A stretch of 64,000 nt of DNA. Source: a virus. The notes under the pieces are model-generated. The model was given only the letters and a program-made list of their open reading frames with translations. It made no database searches and had not been told where the DNA came from. The stretch is from positions 10,795-74,794 of the IMG/VR virus record IMGVR_UViG_3300034170_000100. One strand, 5' to 3'. A program made the translations under genes and the position numbers. Below are positions 47,901 to 56,598 of this stretch, in pieces; positions within the stretch are counted from its first letter, which is position 1; every line of letters begins with the position of its first letter.

Positions 47901-48422
47901 TTAACCGACCAGAGCACTGCGAATTGTGGAAATTCGCTTGAACAGTTCGGTATAGTTTGGGTGCTGGCCCAGGAAGCGTTCGTTTACCTGATTGGACCAC
48001 ATAGGGCCGTAGATCTCGACCATAAGCGGGCCATTCAAGGCAACAAGACCGTTCACGTCGGAGATCGGTGACAACTCCACCAAACGGCTGGTCAATTCCA
48101 GCTTTTGATTATCGTCCAGTTGTTCCGAATTGCTGATGTCCATGGCGATGATCCCTTTCAGAATCTGTGGGTCGATCTTGCGGAACAAGGTGCCGAAAGG
48201 GTCGAGACAGCCAACGACATAAGCGTCAGTGGCGAGGGCGAAGAACTCGCGCACAGTCCGGTCGCCCATGGCGTTCCAATAGCATGAATAGCTCATGCCG
48301 TTGCACACCACGGAGAATCGGCCTTTACCGGGTGCCTCGTCCGTCATGCTGACCGTGGCGACCCGGGAACCATCGTCATCGGTGATGGTATATTCTTGCG
48401 TACTGCGGGTGGTTACTTGCAT
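47901..48422 (-). CDS. hypothetical protein
   Basis: GRFSVVCNGMSYSCYWNAMGDRTVREFF motif; GGAG SD. Confidence 0.8.
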   Translation of the reverse strand: MQVTTRSTQEYTITDDDGSRVATVSMTDEAPGKGRFSVVCNGMSYSCYWNAMGDRTVREFFALATDAYVVGCLDPFGTLFRKIDPQILKGIIAMDISNSEQLDDNQKLELTSRLVELSPISDVNGLVALNGPLMVEIYGPMWSNQVNERFLGQHPNYTELFKRISTIRSALVG

Positions 48423-48425
48423 GGT

Positions 48426-48587
48426 TTACAGCTCCATAAGGGCGTCGGCCACCGCCTGGATGATCGAGATGCTCTCTTCGGGCATCTGGCCGGTAGCAAT
48501 GCTAACAGCCTGAGCCCGGGAAGTGAGCGGGAAGTATTCGGGATGCTGCTCTTTAATGACCGCAGCTACTTCGTCGGCCTCGCTCAT
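48426..48587 (-). CDS. 53-aa hypothetical protein (MSEADEVAAV...)
   Basis: ATGA overlap; fills the gap between neighbours. Confidence 0.6.
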   Translation of the reverse strand: MSEADEVAAVIKEQHPEYFPLTSRAQAVSIATGQMPEESISIIQAVADALMEL

Positions 48588-48802
48588 TTCACTTCTTCGA
48601 ACGAGTGACGGACTTCGGTGCCAACGATGGTGTCGAAACTGGCGCAGTTGGCTTGCGAGGATTGGATGTCCTCGATTTCGTAGTTGTCCCCGTCGAGTTT
48701 GTCTCCGTAGCGGCTGAAGATTTCCGCACGCGCTTCTTCGAAGCTGGCGCCGGAGGTGACTTCGATGAGGGTGCTGATCGTGGTCGTGAGTCGGACTTGC
48801 AT
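48584..48802 (-). CDS. hypothetical protein
   Basis: ATG 48802 with GGAG SD. Confidence 0.7.
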   Translation of the reverse strand: MQVRLTTTISTLIEVTSGASFEEARAEIFSRYGDKLDGDNYEIEDIQSSQANCASFDTIVGTEVRHSFEEVK

Positions 48803-49038
48803 GGTAATTCTCCGTAGAGTGAGGCGTGAAGCGCTTTGCGCTTTTTCAGTGGAATGAGCAGGGTCTCTTTGCGGAATTGAATCCATTCCTCAAGAGATAC
48901 CTGCTCCCAGTTGCCTGGAACCGGCAGGCTGTCCATGTCCCAGCTCCGCACGCAGCGGCTGGAACGATGAACGAAGAAATACCGGCCATTGACTGGTGCG
49001 TTACCGTATCGGCCGGGCGAGTGCAGAGACTTGGACAT
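48589..49038 (-). CDS. hypothetical protein whose 3' half overlaps the next gene out of frame
   Basis: AAGGA SD at the start; only the first ~78 codons are non-overlapping. Confidence 0.5.
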   Translation of the reverse strand: MSKSLHSPGRYGNAPVNGRYFFVHRSSRCVRSWDMDSLPVPGNWEQVSLEEWIQFRKETLLIPLKKRKALHASLYGELPCKSDSRPRSAPSSKSPPAPASKKRVRKSSAATETNSTGTTTKSRTSNPRKPTAPVSTPSLAPKSVTRSKK

Positions 49039-49052
49039 TTTATTTCCTTGGT

Positions 49053-49325
49053 TTAGAAAGTCAGGTTTTTCAGTTTGACCAGGGTTTTTTCAACAGAGGC
49101 GATCTTTTTGATCACCATCTCATTGGCGCGAGCTTTCGCATCAGCCAGTGTGCGGTGAAAATCTTTACCGTGGACATATTGAGTCCAGCCATTAACCTTG
49201 TAAGAGGCCATGGATCCTTCATTGCTAATTTCAGCAGTTACTTGCTGAATGCCTTTGGTAAGCGCATATCGAGTTACCCAAATCTGCGCCATTTCTTTTT
49301 TTGGTGCTTCGTGCTTTTTCTGCAT
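49053..49325 (-). CDS. hypothetical protein
   Basis: WVTRYALTKGI motif; GGAG SD. Confidence 0.75.
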   Translation of the reverse strand: MQKKHEAPKKEMAQIWVTRYALTKGIQQVTAEISNEGSMASYKVNGWTQYVHGKDFHRTLADAKARANEMVIKKIASVEKTLVKLKNLTF

Positions 49326-49327
49326 GA

Positions 49328-49783
49328 TTACTCCGTAGGGCGTTTCAATTGGAAGACTCCCAGCCCGGCTTGAGCCATAAGCTCAATGCCGGTCATGTCG
49401 TCATGAACACGGTGGAAATACACCCGCTTAATACCGGATGGGATGATTGCACGGGCACATACGTCGCAGGGTGCTACAGTGGAGAACAGCCAGGCACCAT
49501 TGAGTGATGTACCGCTGCGCATAGCCCAGCCCATAGCGTTATTTTCTGCGTGAAGCACAGAACGATCGGTCTTCATCCGCTCTCTGCCATCTTCCACCAC
49601 AGGTGTGTTTTCGCAGCAGTTGGTGTGGTGACCAGCAGGCTGTCCATTCCAACCGGTGACCATAGCCCCGGAAGGGGACACGATGACACAGCCAACGCGC
49701 TCACGTAGGGCTTCAGTCTGGGCTTCAGCTGCATAAGCCTGGGACATGAACATCTGAAGATACTTGTCACGCAGCGGAGTCAT
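49328..49783 (-). CDS. dCMP deaminase
   Basis: VGCVIV, GWNG, HAE and PCDVC zinc-deaminase motifs. Confidence 0.9.
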   Translation of the reverse strand: MTPLRDKYLQMFMSQAYAAEAQTEALRERVGCVIVSPSGAMVTGWNGQPAGHHTNCCENTPVVEDGRERMKTDRSVLHAENNAMGWAMRSGTSLNGAWLFSTVAPCDVCARAIIPSGIKRVYFHRVHDDMTGIELMAQAGLGVFQLKRPTE

Positions 49784-49950
49784 ACGCAATCCTCGAAGGT
49801 GGTGGTGACGTGGCTCACGCCACTGATAAGACCACGCCCGATTTGATCTTCCAGCAGGTCATTCACGATGGTCTCGTATTCCTCACCTGTCAGCTCTTTA
49901 CCGGAGCCTTCAGGGACGTTCAGTGCAACTTGAATAATCACTTGCATCAT
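49780..49950 (-). CDS. 56-aa hypothetical protein
   Basis: AAGGAG SD; ATGA overlaps on both sides. Confidence 0.65.
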   Translation of the reverse strand: MMQVIIQVALNVPEGSGKELTGEEYETIVNDLLEDQIGRGLISGVSHVTTTFEDCV

Positions 49951-50273
49951 TTTGCTCCTTTTTCAAAGCAATTGACGCAATTGACGCCATGTTGGGGGCC
50001 ACCCATACCACGGATGACCGTATGGCATTCAACGCAGGAGATGACACAGGCAGTGGTTACCCTTCCTGGTTTTATTGCGAAGATTGGGGCACCATTTTTG
50101 GAATAGCCCAGCGGGGTATCCTCACCGATTTCGATGTACGAAATTTCGGTTGTACCTTGTTCATCCTGCGAAACTACACGAATAGCCGGGCCTAATGCAC
50201 GGGTAAGTGTATCCATGACGCGAGTCTTACCGGAGCCGGTAGGGCCGGAGATTTCAATTTTAATACTGATCAT
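49947..50273 (-). CDS. small protein with a P-loop-like motif and a CxxC...CxxC zinc ribbon
   Basis: GPTGSGKT; CVEC...CVNC. Confidence 0.7.
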   Translation of the reverse strand: MISIKIEISGPTGSGKTRVMDTLTRALGPAIRVVSQDEQGTTEISYIEIGEDTPLGYSKNGAPIFAIKPGRVTTACVISCVECHTVIRGMGGPQHGVNCVNCFEKGAK

Positions 50274-50890
50274 GCTGCGTCCTTCTCACGAATTTTGACC
50301 ATATGCGCTTTGCACACGGCCTTGATGGTTGGAATGTCCGCGTTCACAGGCAGAGTCACAGGAGTTGCCCAGTTCGGATAGAACAGGTCCAGTGCAGCGC
50401 CCAGTTTCACGGTGTCATGTTCAAGCTCCGGCAGTTCCTGCCAGGACATTTCTTCGATCAGCACCCGGTTGGCAAACTCCACCACTACTGGGTCATTTTT
50501 GATCAAGAGGTAGATAGAGTCATGAATCATAGCAACTGGTTTAATGTCGTACCGAAACGGGCTATCGTGCACACGTTTCATGAAAGCCACGGCAGCGCGG
50601 TTATTGAGCAGCCCATATGACTGTCCCATGGCATTACCGGCAGAACGGCCTTCAGCAGCGACTTCTTTAGGTGTACAATCCAGCCCTAGTACAGAACGGC
50701 CTAGCATTGGGGTACGTAAACGTAAACCAAAGGCTACAGTTACGTACCCATCGACTGTTGCTTGTTTTAGGCGGTCCATGATGTATTCAGTGGAGGCTTT
50801 ATACAAATCGTGAAAATTTGCTTCGATGCGCTTGGCTTTATCTTCTGCCCAACCAAGATTCTTCATTAATGTCGCAAAAGTGCCTTGATA
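50270..50890 (-). CDS. polA: family A DNA polymerase, C-terminal segment (from motif B Tyr through motif C)
   Basis: YQGTFATLMKNLG...RSAGNAMGQS...MIHDSIY; the first ATG (50866) lies 8 codons after the conserved Tyr. Confidence 0.9.
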   Translation of the reverse strand, partial: YQGTFATLMKNLGWAEDKAKRIEANFHDLYKASTEYIMDRLKQATVDGYVTVAFGLRLRTPMLGRSVLGLDCTPKEVAAEGRSAGNAMGQSYGLLNNRAAVAFMKRVHDSPFRYDIKPVAMIHDSIYLLIKNDPVVVEFANRVLIEEMSWQELPELEHDTVKLGAALDLFYPNWATPVTLPVNADIPTIKAVCKAHMVKIREKDAA

Positions 50891-50892
50891 AG

Positions 50893-51036
50893 CTAGGTGA
50901 GAGCAAAGGTTGGGGCTTTGCTCTCTTGGCGTTCCTCCTTATAAAGTTTTGCGATGGAGTTAATACGGAACGTGTCATGCTCCGTACTTTCAATTACTTT
51001 GATGCCCTCAATGGGCGTGTTGATTTTTAGCACCAT
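50893..51036 (-). CDS. polA: family A DNA polymerase, 47-codon segment carrying the first part of motif B
   Basis: MVLKINTPIEGIKVIESTEHDTFRINSIAKLYKEERQESKAPTFALT then TAG; AAGGA SD; absent from the ORF track. Confidence 0.85.
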   Translation of the reverse strand: MVLKINTPIEGIKVIESTEHDTFRINSIAKLYKEERQESKAPTFALT

Positions 51037-51604
51037 TTATCCTTGCGCGGGTTACGCGCTGCAAATAGAGAGATTCGTCCAATTCACCTTCCAATCCCAA
51101 CTCTTGTGCTATTTTCCGCACCTTAGTTGATAGAAAGGGTACTTTATATGGGACTCTTGATGTTAGGCTCTGATAAGACTCACCTTCGATGACGGCGTAC
51201 AGACAATCCACAAATTCTTCTTTAGTGAGTCTGGTTGTGTACACACGCAGCCCTTCGCCAATAGCGTGCAGCTTATTTTCTAGCGAGGTGACCCATTCAA
51301 GATTGGTGCGCGCGTTATTACTACGTACCCCATCCTTATGATTAACCTCTGGTTTGTTTTCTGGGTTGGGTATATGCGCAAGTGCTACAAGCCTATGTAC
51401 ATAAAACGATGTGCCTACATTGCCTGCCCACAAGCTAACTTGAGGGTATTGGGTGTCTTTGTGTGGACTTTGACGTAGCACACGCCCCTTACGGGGGTAA
51501 GTCACACCATCCCGTCCTACGATGATGCGATCTATTGACCGCACCACACCACAGTCACTTACTTCGTAAAGTCCCGTGTAATCAGGCACATTGGAGAAGT
51601 TCAT
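51008..51604 (-). mobile_element. NUMOD4-HNH homing endonuclease inserted in the polymerase gene
   Basis: VPDYTGLYEVSDCGVVRS (NUMOD4), VHRLVA, EVNHKDGVRSNNARTNLEW (HNH); overlaps both polymerase halves. Confidence 0.93.
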
Positions 51605-53645
51605 ACAGTTCCTTACCGGTCATTAAATTACCCAGGTACTCTACTTCCTCCGTAGCGTAAAAGCAAACGTCGGTATCACCAACCTTTGCTCGGTAACACA
51701 CGGCATTCTCCGGTGCCGTTTTAATATCTGACATCCGTTCAGGAAAGTATGCAAAAGCGCGTAAGCAGTGCCCATCATAACCGTCGATGTATACTTTCAG
51801 TTTGTTTGGGTCGCGTGTCGTCAAAGCAGAGATGTAATCTTCCAAAGATGCAAAATCTGCGCCTGCAAAGATCCATCCTGGCGGCCCCATGAACAGTTCC
51901 TTGATTAACTTACCGTAAGCGCTACCACTTGGTATATTTTGCATGTTTGGGTCGGAAGACGACAAACGTCCTGAAATTGTGCCGCCCAGGTTGAATACGC
52001 CATGCAAATAGCGCATGCCGTCGGCTTTGAGGATGCCATTCTCGAATGCAGGCATGAATGCCTGAATGATCTTGGTTACCGCTGAATAGTCGATCAATGC
52101 TTGCAGCAATACCACATATGGCTTGGCCGCTTCGTGATCGAGCAACTGCTTGATGATCTTGCCCCCGGTGGCTGGCGCCTTGGTGGGTGTCCGTGCAAGC
52201 ACAGGCAAGTCCATCAGTTCGTACAACAGGCGGGCCAATTGCAATGGCGAGCCTGGGTTGAAGATCGTGTCGCTGAATTTCTCCAGCGGGTGCTGTTTCG
52301 TCTTCAGTTTGGCGTTGGCCGCCTCCATTGCAGATACCTGCAACAGATAGTTCAGCTTGGCCACCATCGGATCACTTTGGATAACGAGCAGGTATTCCTC
52401 CTGCATCTTCTCCAGTTTTTCCTTGGTTTCGGTGACCTTCTTCGGGTCCATTGGCAAGCCCACCAACTCGACGTTGATGATCAGCTTCATGGAATCCTTC
52501 ATCAGGCCGTCGTACAACTCCAGCTGCTGATCCTGCACCACGACAGGCATATGCTTGTCATAGGTGAAGTTCGTGGCCATACAGTCCACTCCGTTGTAAC
52601 GGAGTAGGTTTGGCAGTGGAATTTTGCGGATGTCCTTGATGTCGTCCTCTGCGTAGTTGCCGGTGAACTCCTGGGACTGGTACTTCAAGCCGAGGGTGTT
52701 ACCCGAGCATGAGTTGACCGAAAGGTAGCTGAGGATCTTGGTGCAATCCAGATTGCTACACATGATGTCCAGACCTTCCAGACAGCTCACGTAATCCAGC
52801 GGATCACGCATCCAGAGGTTGTAAATCAGGTGCTTCACGTCAAACGTGGCACTGTGGAACCGCTTGGCGCCGATGTACTTCTTGAGGAAGTCCTTGAGTA
52901 TTTCACGAACCTCGACGTTGTCCTTGCGGTAGTGATAGTTCCCATCTTCGTCCTTTGCGCCCAGATCGTTCAAATCGACAGGGAATGCAATGAAGTCGTG
53001 GTGGGTCCAGGCTAAAGCGAAGGTGGCAATACCACATTCGTCCAGACGCAGGCTGTAGCCCTCGATGTCCATGGCAAGGTGGGGGAACTTGTGCAGTTCC
53101 ATCAGCGCGTTGCGGATTTCGTTCGGGGTCTTGGGGTAGAACTCCGAATGGATGATCTTGTCACCAGGCGGCACGTAGTTGCCCAGCACTTTGCTGCACA
53201 GCGCGTCCAGACCTTGTTCCAAGTGCGCTTGCTTATCCGGTGCGTAGATCAGCACCTGATAGTTCACACCCAGGACCACTTGCATGTGCTCGTAGCCTTT
53301 TACAGCACAGGGCAGCGAGTAGCCCAGGTGAACCTCGGACTTCTTCTGACCGGTGAGGTACTTGAAGTACGTACCATCGGTGCAGTAGATGAACTTGGTG
53401 CCGGTGCGCTCCAAGACGTTCAGCAGGCGAGCGGAATACTCCTTCACCTGTTGCGCGGATACCTTCTTCGCATTTTCATACGAGAGGGTGAAGGCAATGC
53501 AGTCCTCCTTCTTTATCCCTCTGGTTTCCAGCGGAGCGATGTAGTTTTTGTAGATCAAGTTCTGATCGAACGTGTATTGCTTCATGAGCATGGCAACGGG
53601 ATAATTACCGGACTCATTTTTACCGAAAAACAGGTGGTGACGCAT
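51582..53645 (-). CDS. polA: family A DNA polymerase, N-terminal part (3'-5' exonuclease, thumb, motif A)
   Basis: ExoI DIEG, ExoII FDVKHL, ExoIII YNGVD, TISGRLSSSDPNMQNIP, motif A ADFASLE, YDGH. Confidence 0.95.
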   Translation of the reverse strand: MRHHLFFGKNESGNYPVAMLMKQYTFDQNLIYKNYIAPLETRGIKKEDCIAFTLSYENAKKVSAQQVKEYSARLLNVLERTGTKFIYCTDGTYFKYLTGQKKSEVHLGYSLPCAVKGYEHMQVVLGVNYQVLIYAPDKQAHLEQGLDALCSKVLGNYVPPGDKIIHSEFYPKTPNEIRNALMELHKFPHLAMDIEGYSLRLDECGIATFALAWTHHDFIAFPVDLNDLGAKDEDGNYHYRKDNVEVREILKDFLKKYIGAKRFHSATFDVKHLIYNLWMRDPLDYVSCLEGLDIMCSNLDCTKILSYLSVNSCSGNTLGLKYQSQEFTGNYAEDDIKDIRKIPLPNLLRYNGVDCMATNFTYDKHMPVVVQDQQLELYDGLMKDSMKLIINVELVGLPMDPKKVTETKEKLEKMQEEYLLVIQSDPMVAKLNYLLQVSAMEAANAKLKTKQHPLEKFSDTIFNPGSPLQLARLLYELMDLPVLARTPTKAPATGGKIIKQLLDHEAAKPYVVLLQALIDYSAVTKIIQAFMPAFENGILKADGMRYLHGVFNLGGTISGRLSSSDPNMQNIPSGSAYGKLIKELFMGPPGWIFAGADFASLEDYISALTTRDPNKLKVYIDGYDGHCLRAFAYFPERMSDIKTAPENAVCYRAKVGDTDVCFYATEEVEYLGNLMTGKELYELLQCA

Positions 53646-54169
53646 TAGCTGTCCCCTCTGATGATGTTGGTCATTAAACGAATTTTCAAAGCGTCTAATG
53701 ACCGTTCTCCGATACCCATTTCATGGGCAGCGTCGTCCATGTCCACATCGGTCAATTTCATGCCCTCAGTGTCTAGAACTGTTTGGAACGGCACACGAAG
53801 TGCCGTCGGTAACCGCTGAAAGAGAACTTCTGCGTCGTCTGACGAGTTGAGCCACTTTTGCAAGTAGCCCGCGATCAGAGGGCGTTCTTCACGCTCAATG
53901 AGGCGCTCTTCGTCGAGAATCTCGTCCATTCGAGCATGAAGACTGCTAAACAAGCGGGGTATATTTTGTGGCGGTCTTGCGTAACGCGACTGCGTGTGAA
54001 ACTTGTTGCGGTAAACGAAACCGAAGTACTGAACGCCAACCAAGGCGTCATTTTCGTCAATCAGTTCCTTTAGGCGCAATTCATTCCTCTTCAGCACAGG
54101 GCTGTAGATAAAATCGAGCAGTGCCTCGCGGACCTTCAATTTGAAGTGTGCCTTGGTGCGGCGATCCAT
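53645..54169 (-). CDS. conserved protein between helicase and polymerase (N4 gp38 position)
   Basis: GGAGG SD before ATG 54169; synteny. Confidence 0.75.
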   Translation of the reverse strand: MDRRTKAHFKLKVREALLDFIYSPVLKRNELRLKELIDENDALVGVQYFGFVYRNKFHTQSRYARPPQNIPRLFSSLHARMDEILDEERLIEREERPLIAGYLQKWLNSSDDAEVLFQRLPTALRVPFQTVLDTEGMKLTDVDMDDAAHEMGIGERSLDALKIRLMTNIIRGDS

Positions 54170-55416
54170 TAATTCCTCCGAAGATCTCCGGTCATAACGA
54201 TTCTGAAACGAGCACGGCTCAAGCCCACATAAAGCAGGCGTGCGAGCTGTTCCAGCGTCCGAGTCATCGAACACACGTCGTCCAGGTCGATCATGATGAT
54301 GTCGTAGGTAGAACCTTGCGACTTGTTGATTGTTTGGGCGAATGCCGGCCGAAGTTCAATCCAGGTGTCCAGGATTATCTTCATGGCTTGGAAGTCGTCA
54401 TCGTACACAGCTTGCTTGTGCGCTTTGTCCTTATCGCCGCGGTCCTTTGGCATGAAGAAATAGCCACCCTTGCCGAGGAAGCGAATCGTGTAGCCTTCTA
54501 CGGAATACTCCATAATTGGCTCGATTGTCTCGATGGTGACCTCTTCATTTGTTGTGCAACGGCAGGCATTGCTTTGCACCGCCTCGTTGACAAGCATTTT
54601 TTGCCCTGCCTGGGGAACAGTAGACCCGAGGATCTTCTTTGACAGGTAGTTGTTGAACGCGGTTACTCGGTCATTGGTGTAGGCCAGGATTTTGACATGT
54701 TTGTCTTTTTCCTCGGTAAATAACCGAACAGCCTCAGCATTAAACGCCGGCCGATCAAGGCGGTCGATAACACCAGGGGTGAGCGGGAATCTGGACCAAT
54801 TGCCTTCCATAACGGCAGCACGCAGAGAACCCATAAAGGCTTCCAGCACGCCACCGTTAAAACGCACCAAGTCGGTCAGTTCAATCTCGCAAGCGTTCAT
54901 TTCGAACACTGGCATCTTTTCTGAGCCAACGGGTGTCAATTGCGCAGGGTCGCCGATAAAGACGATCTTACACTTGCGGCACTGAGCCAAAATTTTGGCT
55001 AATGCCTCTTGGTCGAGGAAAGACGCTTCGTCGAGGAATACCAGCTTGTTTTCCAAGCCGTCCCCGTATGGAACGAGATGTGACTCTCGTGTCTTGTAGT
55101 CCCGGACCACACGCAGTTGGCAAGCCGAGTAAATCGTTGAAGCTATCGGCTTATAGCCGACGGCCAGCGAGAATGCTTCAGCTGCCTGGTTTGTTGTTGC
55201 CGTCAGAACAATTTCAGGTGGAATGTAGCCAGGGGCCACCAACTTCGCCATTTCATCCATCATCGGCAGCTGTTCTATCAGGTATTTGACCAAGGTGGTC
55301 TTACCGGTGCCGGAATACCCCTTGAGCACCATTACCGTCTGATTTGGGTCGAGATAGAACGGAAGGAATGTATCATACCCCCGTTCTTGGCTAGGGGTGA
55401 GGTTAAATTTACTCAT
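54169..55416 (-). CDS. dda: Dda-like SF1B DNA helicase
   Basis: GYSGTGKT, FLDEAS, IGDPAQL, TINKSQGSTY and LYVGLSRA motifs. Confidence 0.92.
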   Translation of the reverse strand: MSKFNLTPSQERGYDTFLPFYLDPNQTVMVLKGYSGTGKTTLVKYLIEQLPMMDEMAKLVAPGYIPPEIVLTATTNQAAEAFSLAVGYKPIASTIYSACQLRVVRDYKTRESHLVPYGDGLENKLVFLDEASFLDQEALAKILAQCRKCKIVFIGDPAQLTPVGSEKMPVFEMNACEIELTDLVRFNGGVLEAFMGSLRAAVMEGNWSRFPLTPGVIDRLDRPAFNAEAVRLFTEEKDKHVKILAYTNDRVTAFNNYLSKKILGSTVPQAGQKMLVNEAVQSNACRCTTNEEVTIETIEPIMEYSVEGYTIRFLGKGGYFFMPKDRGDKDKAHKQAVYDDDFQAMKIILDTWIELRPAFAQTINKSQGSTYDIIMIDLDDVCSMTRTLEQLARLLYVGLSRARFRIVMTGDLRRN

Positions 55417-56575
55417 CCACGTCGAACCTGATTGTGGTGCCAAAATCACATTCGAACATGTCCTTGCTGTATCCATGGATCATCCACATGATTGGGCACC
55501 CGGGGTTGAAGGAAGGATGCGAATATTCGCCATCCGTGAACACGCAGAGTGCTGTCGGTTTGTTTTCCTTGGCCCACTGCATGAGAGGCTCGATATCGGT
55601 GCCCCCGCGGCCGCGCAGTTCCACTTCAGCCAGCTCGCGGACAGACTTGATACGATGCACCGACTTCAGCTCACAAGTGAACTGCACCAGACTTATACGG
55701 TCTGGTTTGAGGTTGCGCACCACAGCATACAGCTCACTGACGTAGCGCTTGATGTCTTTGTCGCTTACCGAACTCGACATGTCGAACGCGAAAGCGATGT
55801 GCCCCAGTTTTTTACCTTGGAGCCCTGGCATCAGTTGCGGCTGAAACCGGCGATTGAGCTTTTTCCAGCTGTAGTCTGATTTGTCTACAGCCTTGAAGAA
55901 CTTACGCAGGTGTGCAGCCATAGGCAGCTTGGGCTTCAGGAGGCCGTCCAAGAAGACTTGAACGTCAGCGGGTATATTGCCCGCCATATCGCCGCCTTTC
56001 ATCTTGGCGGCTACAGCAGCGGCTGTCACGTTGGACTGCACTTGCTGTTTCACTTCGGATTCGGACAGGCCAGGTTCAGATGCGCCGGGGTCCATGAGGT
56101 CATCCATAGGATCACCCGCACCTCCGCCTCCACCATTGGCTTCGTCTTCCTCCAGCAGTCGATAAACAGCCATGGTTGTCATGCCGCGATACTGCACGTC
56201 ATGGCACCAGCCAGGGATTGGCTCGAAACCTGCCTGGACCAGGAAGTCGTTGATCACGAAATCCGCTGCTTTATTGAAGCGTTTGTGCTGCTCGGGGGTG
56301 ACGTTATGAACCTGGGCCAGGAAGATATGGTCAAGTGCCGAATGCATCGCCTCGTGCGCAATTACGGTTGGGCGTTGTTTGCGCGGCAAGGCCAGGAAGA
56401 AGCCAGTATTGTAGAAAATACACAGTCCGTCGGTGGCTGCTGTTTGACAGCGCACATCGTCGACCTTTTGTTTCATCATGAGCGCCAGCGTTGTCAGAAA
56501 CGTCGCTTTTGGCATCTGCATGAGATCCAGGCGTGCCTTGGTGATGGCTTTCCAGAACTCTTCAATCTGTGTCAT
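55409..56575 (-). CDS. metallopeptidase-VWA protein (N4 gp25-like)
   Basis: TAATDG, HEAMH (HExxH), MIDAS DMSSS, GRGGTD and FTDG motifs. Confidence 0.9.
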   Translation of the reverse strand: MTQIEEFWKAITKARLDLMQMPKATFLTTLALMMKQKVDDVRCQTAATDGLCIFYNTGFFLALPRKQRPTVIAHEAMHSALDHIFLAQVHNVTPEQHKRFNKAADFVINDFLVQAGFEPIPGWCHDVQYRGMTTMAVYRLLEEDEANGGGGGAGDPMDDLMDPGASEPGLSESEVKQQVQSNVTAAAVAAKMKGGDMAGNIPADVQVFLDGLLKPKLPMAAHLRKFFKAVDKSDYSWKKLNRRFQPQLMPGLQGKKLGHIAFAFDMSSSVSDKDIKRYVSELYAVVRNLKPDRISLVQFTCELKSVHRIKSVRELAEVELRGRGGTDIEPLMQWAKENKPTALCVFTDGEYSHPSFNPGCPIMWMIHGYSKDMFECDFGTTIRFDVDE

Positions 56576-56598
56576 TGGTTTGCCTCCAAGGCAGTTGA

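Noticed and set aside
50896-50938. Programmed -1 frameshift as the explanation for the polymerase gap
   Set aside because: The two frames overlap here, but there is no X XXY YYZ slippery heptamer, and a -1 shift would add two residues or scramble motif B. Disfavoured rather than excluded.
50890-51720. Group I intron or intein around the polymerase HNH
   Set aside because: The HNH ORF overlaps coding sequence on both sides, so there is no space for a ribozyme core. The HNH is out of frame with the polymerase and I see no intein terminal motifs. RT-PCR is still needed to exclude splicing formally.
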